A model generated the notes under the pieces. It was not told the origin of the DNA. It saw only the letters and a program-made list of their open reading frames with translations, and ran no database searches. Below are positions 57,321 through 64,000 of a DNA stretch of 64,000 nt, one piece after another (the stretch's first letter is position 1; every line of letters starts with the position of its first letter). The translations under genes and the position numbers were made by a program. The DNA comes from an uncultured Gammaproteobacteria bacterium. Its GTDB lineage: Bacteria; Pseudomonadota; Gammaproteobacteria; UBA9214. The stretch spans positions 40,271 through 104,270 of the forward strand of contig CAVQCA010000157.1 of assembly GCA_963710815.1 (NCBI GenBank), read 5' to 3'.

Positions 57321-59016
57321 CCGGCTCACACGACTGCGTGGTCAGGTCGGCGCCTGGATCAGCCGCGCGCAGACCATGGCATGGGTCGACACGGTGGAAC
57401 TACAGGCGCTGCAACGCCTGGAACAGCACACCCCGGCAGATCTGTTCAGCCGGGGGCAGCCCGCCCGCCCGCTGGTGGTGGCATTTTTCGGCGGCACCGG
57501 CGTAGGCAAGAGCAGCCTGCTCAACCGCCTTGCCGGACAAAACATCGCGCGGGTCGGCGTGGAGCGCCCGACATCCCACGAGGTCACCGTCTACGTGCAT
57601 GAAGCGGTGGAGCTGGCTACCCTGCCGGAGCACTTTCCCGTGGATCAGGTGCACATCGCGCGACATGCCGATAAGGCACGACGTGATGTCCTTTGGATCG
57701 ACATGCCGGATATCGACAGCACCGAACAAAACAACCGGGAACTGGCCTTTGCCTGGCTGCCCCATATCGACCTGCTGGTCTATGTGGTCAGTCCCGAACG
57801 CTACCGCGACGACATCGGCTGGCGGGTATTGCACCAGCGCGGCCACCGTCACGGCTGGATGTTCGTCATGAATCGCTGGGACGAAGGTGCTCCCGAACAG
57901 CAGGACGACCTGCTCACCATCCTGCATGAGGCCGGGTTTGCCGACCCGGTGGTGCTGCACACCTGCAGCGGTGACAGGCCCTGCCCGGATGACCGGTTCG
58001 CGGAGCTGGAAGCCTCCATCCGGGAAGTGCAGGCACAGCACGGCCAGCGGGAGCTGGAGCGGCTCGGACATCTGGCTCACCTGCATGACCTGGCCGCCCT
58101 GCTGCAGGCGGCGCTGCAGCGCCTGGGCACGCCGGCTGAGTGGGCCAACCTTCAGGCCGGGTTTCGACGGGAATGGGCAAGCACGGCGGTAGCGATCGTG
58201 GACGGCATGACCTGGCCCATCAAGGAGATTGGCGCGGAATTCGCCAGCCGCGATGCCGGTCTGCTGACCCGGCTGATCGGAAATCGCGAGGAATCGACGC
58301 CGGCAAGCCGTCAGGAACCGGGGAGCGCGCGCCCCGCAACACGAACCGCCATGGAACAGCAGGCGGTCACCACCCTCTGGGATAGCTGGGCGCAGGGCAA
58401 GCTGGCCGAGGTCTGCGACACCCTGGAGATCGCACTGCGACGCATCGACGTCGCCCCGCAGCCGCTGCTTACACGCCTGCAAGAGGTCACCGGGGACGCC
58501 GGTCGGACAGTCAGCCAGCGGCTGCAACAGTCCCTGCGGTTGGGACTCGCCCACCCCGGGACGGCATGGCAGCGGGCGCTGCGCCGCGGCACCGCTGCCA
58601 CGCTCAGCGTGCTGCCCATTGCGGCCCTGCTGTGGGTGTCCTACCAGGTGGTCACCGGCTTCCTGCATGGTGCCACCGGGCAGGCGGCCTACCTCGGGGT
58701 CAACTTCGCCATCAACAGCGCGCTGCTGGTGCTGGTCGCCTGGCTCCTGCCCTTCCTGCTGCACCGTCGCCTCAAACCCTCCCTGGAAACGACCGTGACA
58801 CGCGCGCTGCACACGGGCCTCGAACTCGGACTGGAGGAACTCCATGCCAGGGCGGAAACGGCATTCGCCGCGGCCGATGCGGAACGCGAGCGGCTGCTGG
58901 CCGAGGCCGGGAAGCTTCTCGAGGAACTGGGTCGGCACGGCGATGAGCCGCACCCGGCTCCCGGCGCCGCCGTGGCCCGCCTGCTCCCGGTGCAGGCACG
59001 TCCCGAAACCGCCTGA
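57313..59016 (+). CDS. large P-loop GTPase paralog with a C-terminal transmembrane hairpin (dynamin-like; possibly GTPase+DUF3482-type)
   Basis: G1 GGTGVGKSS, TSHE, DMPDIDS and NRWD in the same order as the upstream paralog. Two hydrophobic helices lie near the C-terminus (…LSVLPIAALLWVSYQVVTGFL…, …AINSALLVLVAWLLPFLL…). Confidence 0.7.
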   Translation: MTDRLTRLRGQVGAWISRAQTMAWVDTVELQALQRLEQHTPADLFSRGQPARPLVVAFFGGTGVGKSSLLNRLAGQNIARVGVERPTSHEVTVYVHEAVELATLPEHFPVDQVHIARHADKARRDVLWIDMPDIDSTEQNNRELAFAWLPHIDLLVYVVSPERYRDDIGWRVLHQRGHRHGWMFVMNRWDEGAPEQQDDLLTILHEAGFADPVVLHTCSGDRPCPDDRFAELEASIREVQAQHGQRELERLGHLAHLHDLAALLQAALQRLGTPAEWANLQAGFRREWASTAVAIVDGMTWPIKEIGAEFASRDAGLLTRLIGNREESTPASRQEPGSARPATRTAMEQQAVTTLWDSWAQGKLAEVCDTLEIALRRIDVAPQPLLTRLQEVTGDAGRTVSQRLQQSLRLGLAHPGTAWQRALRRGTAATLSVLPIAALLWVSYQVVTGFLHGATGQAAYLGVNFAINSALLVLVAWLLPFLLHRRLKPSLETTVTRALHTGLELGLEELHARAETAFAAADAERERLLAEAGKLLEELGRHGDEPHPAPGAAVARLLPVQARPETA

Positions 59017-59036
59017 CGGGATGCCGGCCGGATACC

Positions 59037-59300
59037 ATGGACCTTTCGAAATCGGGTGTCTGGTACATGATCCTCTGCTGGGTGTCGGCGATCGGCGGCA
59101 TCGTGACGGCTATCCTGTGGGCCGCCTCGAAAGGTCGCCCCCCGGTCGATGACGCATTGCTGCGCACGTCCCTGGAACGTCGCCTGAAATCCGGGGAAAT
59201 CAGCCAGGCGGAATACGAGCAAAGGCGTGAGCAATTGCGATTGGGACAAGTCCCCAGGCCGGAACCCGCCCGCGGTAGGAAACCACCACCACGGACGTAA
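59037..59300 (+). CDS. SHOCT-domain small membrane protein
   Basis: N-terminal TM helix (VWYMILCWVSAIGGIVTAILWAA) followed by the SHOCT-like motif …LERRLKSGEISQAEYEQRREQL…. Confidence 0.55.
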   Translation: MDLSKSGVWYMILCWVSAIGGIVTAILWAASKGRPPVDDALLRTSLERRLKSGEISQAEYEQRREQLRLGQVPRPEPARGRKPPPRT

Positions 59301-59555
59301 CAGTCACGCACCGCTCGCCGGACTGGCGACCGGGCCGGTCACAGATCCCGCCGTAAAAACACCATCGAAGCCGGCCAGGGCTTGCGCCCGGCGATCAATC
59401 GGGTCGCCCGCGAACATGATGTTTCATATTCAACGGGCAAATGCCGGTCCGCGTGCGTGGAGGGTGTCGATTCCAGAGGGACCGACAAGCCTCGTATTGG
59501 TGCGCCACCGCGGCCTGTGTATAGTAGGTTCACCGTCTGCACCTGCTTACCGGAT

Positions 59556-60467
59556 ATGACCATGGCTGTTCAGCCGACCCTACCGCCAGCCACTCCGCCG
59601 CCCTCTCCACTGAAAGAGATCGGCGTGAATCTCATTGACAACCCGGGTCAGTGGCTGGAAGGTGTGCTGCGCGAATTGACCACGGCGCTCAAGACACTCC
59701 TGCCACACCTGCTGGAGGCACTGGCGCTGCTCCTCGTTGGCTGGCTGGCGGCCTTTCTCATGCGCTGGCTGGTCAACCGTTTTGGCAAGGGGCTGGACGT
59801 GATTATGGCGGCTATCCACCGCTGGCTCGGCCAGGAAGTCACCCGGCCACGCTGGTCGGTCACGAGCCTGGTCGGCAATATCGCCTTCTGGATCACGCTT
59901 GCCTACGCCCTCAGCGCCGCAGCGGAACAGGTCGGTCTGGTCACCTTCGCCAACTGGGTGCTGGGGCTGCTCGGCTATCTGCCGCGGGTACTGATCAGCG
60001 CCTTCATCCTGTTCATCGGCTACCTGATCAGCAGCGGCATACGCAACATGATCGTGACGCTCGCCGATGCCAGCGGCTTCCAGCACGGGATTTCCCTCGG
60101 TCACCTGTCAGCGGGTTTGATCCTCGCCTTCACCCTGCTGCTCGGCCTCAGCCAGCTCGGGCTCGATGTCAGCCTGTTCGCCAACATCATCCTCCTGGCG
60201 GCGGCAGCGCTTTTCGGCAGCGCCGCGATCGCCTTCGGCATCGGCGCCGCCGACGCGGTGCGCAACGTCATGGCCTCGCACTATGTGCGCAAGGTCTACC
60301 GGACCGGACTGCGGGTGCGCGTGCAGGGACTGGAGGGCGAGATTCTGGAGTTGACACCGGTGGCGGTGGTCATGGAAACCGCGGACGGTGAGGCCCTGAT
60401 CCCGGCACGCCATTTTCTGGAAACCGTATCCATGATCGTCGATGAGCAGGAGGCCGGCCGTGCTTGA
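59556..60467 (+). CDS. MscS-like mechanosensitive-channel-family protein (TM-helix repeats plus a short MscS beta-domain-like C-terminus)
   Basis: Repeated conserved-TM-helix segments and a C-terminal …VRVQGLEGEILELTPVAVVMETADGEALIPARHFLETV… that resembles the MscS middle beta-domain. Start chosen at MTMAVQ. Confidence 0.5.
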   Translation: MTMAVQPTLPPATPPPSPLKEIGVNLIDNPGQWLEGVLRELTTALKTLLPHLLEALALLLVGWLAAFLMRWLVNRFGKGLDVIMAAIHRWLGQEVTRPRWSVTSLVGNIAFWITLAYALSAAAEQVGLVTFANWVLGLLGYLPRVLISAFILFIGYLISSGIRNMIVTLADASGFQHGISLGHLSAGLILAFTLLLGLSQLGLDVSLFANIILLAAAALFGSAAIAFGIGAADAVRNVMASHYVRKVYRTGLRVRVQGLEGEILELTPVAVVMETADGEALIPARHFLETVSMIVDEQEAGRA

Positions 60468-61293
60468 TGCCCTCACCAAAGGGTACCTCACCCGGCACCC
60501 GGCCGCCGCAGCGCGCACCCTGGCGCGTCTCGACAGCCGCGATCTCCAGGCCGTCTTTCAGGCCATGCCACGCCAGCTGGCCGCCAGTGTGCTGGAACAC
60601 ATGCCTCCGGTCTCGATTGTTCGATGCCTTGCACAGCTACAGTCCAGGACGGCAGCCGAGATCCTGATGCGCATCCCGTCGCTGACGGCCGTGGCGGCGT
60701 TGCGCCAGATGAACACCGACCAGGTAAAGAGACTGTTCGCCGCAATGCCGCGCGCGGCCGCCGCGCGGCTGCGGCTGCGTCTGCGCTACCCGGAAACGCT
60801 GGTCGGCTCCTTCGTGGATGCGGATGTGCTGACCTTCAACCTGGAACAGCGCGTGGGCGATGCGCTGCGGCTGGTGCGCCGCGTCGGCCAGCGCGTGGGC
60901 CACACGCTCTACGTACTGGATGAGCATCGCCGCCTCGCGGGTGTAGTCGACCTGAGCGATCTCCTCGGTGAGCGCGATCGCAGCAGGATCCAGCGGGTGC
61001 TGCGTCCCGCACCTATGGTGCTTAATGCACGGACGGCGCTGCAAACGGTCTCCAGTCATCCGGCCTGGCTTACCCACGACAGCCTGCCGGTAGTCAACCG
61101 CGAGGGCGTGTTTCAGGGCGTACTGTCGCGCTCCAGGGTGATGACGGAAGAACACCAGCTGTTCACCGAGGTGGCGGAACGCAATGAGCTCTCCATCACC
61201 CGAACCGCTCTGGCGGATATCTTCTGGCTGAGTGTGGCGTCGCTCTTTACCGGCAACAGCGGCTCGACCACGCGTCACAAGGTGAAGGACTGA
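60442..61293 (+). CDS. soluble MgtE-N/CBS-domain protein (MgtE lacking the transmembrane domain)
   Basis: Resembles the N-domain and CBS pair of MgtE (…VLDEHRRLAGVVDLSDLL…) but has no TM segments. It overlaps the upstream gene by 26 nt and ends 1 nt before mgtE. Confidence 0.6.
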   Translation: MSRRPAVLDALTKGYLTRHPAAAARTLARLDSRDLQAVFQAMPRQLAASVLEHMPPVSIVRCLAQLQSRTAAEILMRIPSLTAVAALRQMNTDQVKRLFAAMPRAAAARLRLRLRYPETLVGSFVDADVLTFNLEQRVGDALRLVRRVGQRVGHTLYVLDEHRRLAGVVDLSDLLGERDRSRIQRVLRPAPMVLNARTALQTVSSHPAWLTHDSLPVVNREGVFQGVLSRSRVMTEEHQLFTEVAERNELSITRTALADIFWLSVASLFTGNSGSTTRHKVKD

Positions 61294-61294
61294 G

Positions 61295-62602
61295 ATGAAA
61301 CCGGGACTCGACAACGCCATCCATATCCTGCAGCGTGACCTCATCGAAGACCACCCGGACGATGCCGTGCAGCTGCTGGAGCGGCTGCCGCCCGCGGAAA
61401 TCGCCGACGTCCTGTCCCGGCATCCCGTGACGGTGGCTGCTCCCGTCTGGGAACGGCTGTCGCCGGACATCGGCTGGCGGGCCATCGCAACCCTGGCGGA
61501 ACCCCGAACGACGGAGGTGCTGCGACACATAAGCGCCCCGCGTGCCGCGGCCCTGCTTGCCATGGCTGACCCGCAAACCCGTGAGGGACAGCTGGCGCGA
61601 CTGCCGGCCACCGCTGCGGACGAACTGCGCACCATTCTTTCCTACCCGGCCGATTGCGCGGGCGCCCTGATGGACCCGCGCGTGCTGCTGTTGCGTCCCG
61701 AGACCACGGTGAACGAGGCCCTGGCCCGCATCCGCGGGCTGCGAAGGCGCGGTGTGCACATGCTCTTCATCGTGAATGCAGAAAATCACCTCGAGGGCGA
61801 GGTGGATATCCAGGATATCGCCACCGCAAGCGGAACCACGCGTATCGAGGAGATTCAGCACCCGGTACGGGCGGTGGTCGATGCGATTTCACCGCGTGAG
61901 GAAGTGGTGGACATCCTGGAGCGCTACCGCCTCACCGACCTCCCGGTGGTGGATGCCGAGGGCCGCCTCATCGGCGCCGTGCGCTATCGCAACCTCATGG
62001 CCGCCGCCGAGGACGAGGCCACGGTCGCCATGCAGACGATGGTGGGCGTCAGCAAGGACGAGCGCGCCCTGTCGAAGGTATCCTTCGCGGTGCGCAAGCG
62101 ACTGCCCTGGCTGCACATCAATCTGGCAACCGCCTTCCTGGCCGCCTCCGTCGTCGGCCTGTTCGAGAATACGATCGCCAAATACACCGCGCTGGCCGTG
62201 CTGTTGCCAATCGTGGCCGGACAGGCCGGGAACACCGGCGCCCAGGCGCTCGCCGTCACCATGCGCGGCCTGGCGCTGCGCGAAATCCGCATTCGACACT
62301 GGCCGCGGGTCGTCTTCAAGGAGATGTCCACCGGCTTCTGGAATGGAGCCGCCATCGCCACCACCACCGCCCTTGGGGTCTGGGTATGGAGCGGGTCCAC
62401 CGGACTGGCTGGGATCATCGGCGTTTCCATGATCCTGTCCATGGTCATCGCCGCGATCTTCGGCGCGGCCATCCCTCTGGTGTTGACGGCGATCGGTCAG
62501 GACCCCGCGCAATCCTCAATTATCGTGCTGACGACTATCACGGACGTCACCGGCTTCTTCAGCTTCCTCGGCATCGCCACGCTCTTTTCGGGTTATTTGT
62601 AG
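61295..62602 (+). CDS. mgtE: magnesium transporter MgtE (full-length: N-domain, CBS pair, 5-TM pore domain)
   Basis: …ADELRTILSYPADCAGALMDPRVLLL…, a CBS pair, then the TM domain with …VGLFENTIAKYTALAVLLPIVAGQAGNTGAQ… (MgtE signature). Confidence 0.85.
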   Translation: MKPGLDNAIHILQRDLIEDHPDDAVQLLERLPPAEIADVLSRHPVTVAAPVWERLSPDIGWRAIATLAEPRTTEVLRHISAPRAAALLAMADPQTREGQLARLPATAADELRTILSYPADCAGALMDPRVLLLRPETTVNEALARIRGLRRRGVHMLFIVNAENHLEGEVDIQDIATASGTTRIEEIQHPVRAVVDAISPREEVVDILERYRLTDLPVVDAEGRLIGAVRYRNLMAAAEDEATVAMQTMVGVSKDERALSKVSFAVRKRLPWLHINLATAFLAASVVGLFENTIAKYTALAVLLPIVAGQAGNTGAQALAVTMRGLALREIRIRHWPRVVFKEMSTGFWNGAAIATTTALGVWVWSGSTGLAGIIGVSMILSMVIAAIFGAAIPLVLTAIGQDPAQSSIIVLTTITDVTGFFSFLGIATLFSGYL

Positions 62603-62604
62603 GA

Positions 62605-62691
62605 GTTCAATGGGGTCAGACTCGATTGATCGTGAATTTTTCAATCGGTTACCACATACCGTACGATCAATCGAGTCTGACCCCATTGAAC
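62605..62691. terminator. bidirectional hairpin terminator (29-bp perfect inverted repeat, 29-nt loop containing TTTTT) between convergent mgtE and the DASS transporter gene
   Basis: GTTCAATGGGGTCAGACTCGATTGATCGT-(29 nt)-ACGATCAATCGAGTCTGACCCCATTGAAC, placed exactly between the two stop codons (62600-62602 and 62696-62698). Confidence 0.6.
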
Positions 62692-62695
62692 TTTG

Positions 62696-64000
62696 TCAGA
62701 ACCGCCAGACCAGCGGCACGATGGCAAGTGACACCGCAGCCACCAGCAGGTTGAGCGGGATACCCGCCCGGAGGTAGTCGCTGAACCGATAGCCGCCAGG
62801 TCCGTAGACCATCAGGTTGCACTGATAACCGATGGGCGTGGAGAAGCTCGCCGAGGCAGCCATCATGATGGCGATGGCGAACGGCATGAAACTCACGCCG
62901 AGGCTCTCGCTGGTCGACAGCGCGATGGGGAACACCAGCACGGCGGCGGCGTTGTTGGTGATCAATTCGGTGAACAGCATGGTCACCAGATAGACGACGG
63001 CAAGCGTGCCCCACGGGCTTCCCTGGGCGAGCGAGATCACGGTCTCCGCGATGGTCTGCGCCGCACCGGTCTTCTCCAGGGCGGAGCCGAGGCCGAAAGA
63101 GGCGGCGATGGTGACGAGCACCTGCCAGTCGACCGCGGCGCGGGCCGCCCCGCCGGTGGTGCACCGTGCCACCAGCATCAAGCCGGCCGCCACCAGCGCG
63201 CCCTGCAGCATCGAGACCCAGCCGGCGCTGACCACGACCACCATCCCCGCCAGTATGGCCACGGCCGCCAGGGCCCGCTCATGGCGCAGCGGGTGGACGT
63301 TCTCCAGGCGGCTTACCAGGAAAAAATCGCGCGAGTTGCGCTGGCGCTCGACGAACGAAGGATCAGCCTCGAGCAGCAGCGTGTCTCCAGGCCGCAGCAC
63401 GATGTCCCCGATCTTCTTCTGCACGCGTTCGCCGTTGCGCGCCACCGCAATGACGGCGGCATTGTAGATATTGCGGAAGCGTCCCTCGCGGATGCTTTTG
63501 CCGACCAGCGGACAGCTGTCGGAAACCACCGCCTCGACCAGGGCGCGTTCCGGGCGTCTCCCGCCCAGCTTGAACACCTGATCGGTGGCCGGCACCAGGC
63601 CGCGGAAGCGCTGCAGGTCCACCACGGAATCGAGGATGCCGGCGAACACCAGCCGGTCATTGGCCTTCAGCCGGTGGTGCGGGGCGACGGCGGGAAACAC
63701 CTCACCGTCGCGTTCGATCTCCACCAGATACATCCCCGGGAGGTGACGCAGTCCGGCTTCCTCGACGCTCTTTCCCGCCAGCGGGCTGGCCGGCTGCACC
63801 AGCATCTCGACCGTGTAGCGGCGCGCGTCATCCCGGGGATCCATCACCGGGCGGCGGTCCGGCAGCAGCCAGCGCCCGAGCAACACGAGGTAGGCAATGC
63901 CCAGCAAGCGCGGCCGGCAGCCCGACCCGGGCGATGTCGAACATGCCGAGCCCCGGCAGCCCGGCGTGACTGATCAGCAACCCGTTAACGACCAGGTTGG
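62696..64000 (-). CDS. DASS/SLC13-family anion transporter with TrkA-C (RCK_C) domains; 5'-partial (runs off the window), frameshift near 63905
   Basis: Listed ORF 62696..63907 contains TrkA-C-like segments and DASS TM helices. Upstream of 63907 the adjacent frame continues with …NLVVNGLLISHAGLPGLGMFDIARVGLPAAL… to the window edge. Confidence 0.7.

Overview
This is a high-GC (about 62-64%) proteobacterial chromosomal segment; the proteins look gamma-proteobacterial but the organism cannot be named from sequence alone. Most of it is core housekeeping DNA with a 9-kb low-GC glycosylation island (45.1-54.0 kb) and two novel intergenic repeat families. From the left end it carries a minus-strand LPS/O-antigen CDP-sugar locus: SAF-domain oxidoreductase, RmlC-like epimerase, SDR epimerase, RfbF, an LhgO-like FAD oxidase and a WecA/WbpL-type initiating transferase. 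Next comes pstSCAB, with no phoU and a 1-bp frameshift near the 3' end of pstS. This is followed by a NERD-domain membrane protein, pbpG, a ZIP transporter and rluE (two frameshifts). Further right are a fused MFS-transporter/acyltransferase gene, the ABC-F gene yheS, phoH-like, a CPBP protease, a 1280-aa YdiJ-like FAD/Fe-S dehydrogenase, a GT25 glycosyltransferase, lpxL, mlaC-like, ypfJ-like, an ArsB/NhaD permease, a CBS protein, an HD-GYP protein, recQ, an NAD-dependent glutamate dehydrogenase gene, algH/yqgE and greB. The low-GC island holds gtrB and gtrA, an ArnT-like GT39 gene, two further glycosyltransferases, a pyruvyl transferase and an SGNH hydrolase, almost all frameshifted. It also contains three extraordinary homopolymer tracts (A123, A125 and A34T12A8), one of which interrupts a glycosyltransferase ORF. 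To the right of the island lies a compact six-gene plus-strand operon (55.5-62.6 kb): two paralogous P-loop GTPases with a non-canonical DxPDxDS switch region, a SHOCT protein, an MscS-like channel, a soluble MgtE-N/CBS protein and a full MgtE. I consider this operon the most interesting candidate for an undescribed membrane-associated system. The first repeat family is a 168-bp MITE-like element with about 28-bp terminal inverted repeats and CTAG ends, present in three copies. The second is a roughly 120-bp imperfect palindrome built from three tandem CGCAAAG octads per arm, present in six to seven copies; two copies carry 115- and 200-bp inserts in their loops. Frameshifts at homopolymers are pervasive, about 4 in the GC-rich backbone and about 12 in the AT-rich island. 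This suggests a homopolymer-error-prone assembly, although genuine decay of the island cannot be excluded.
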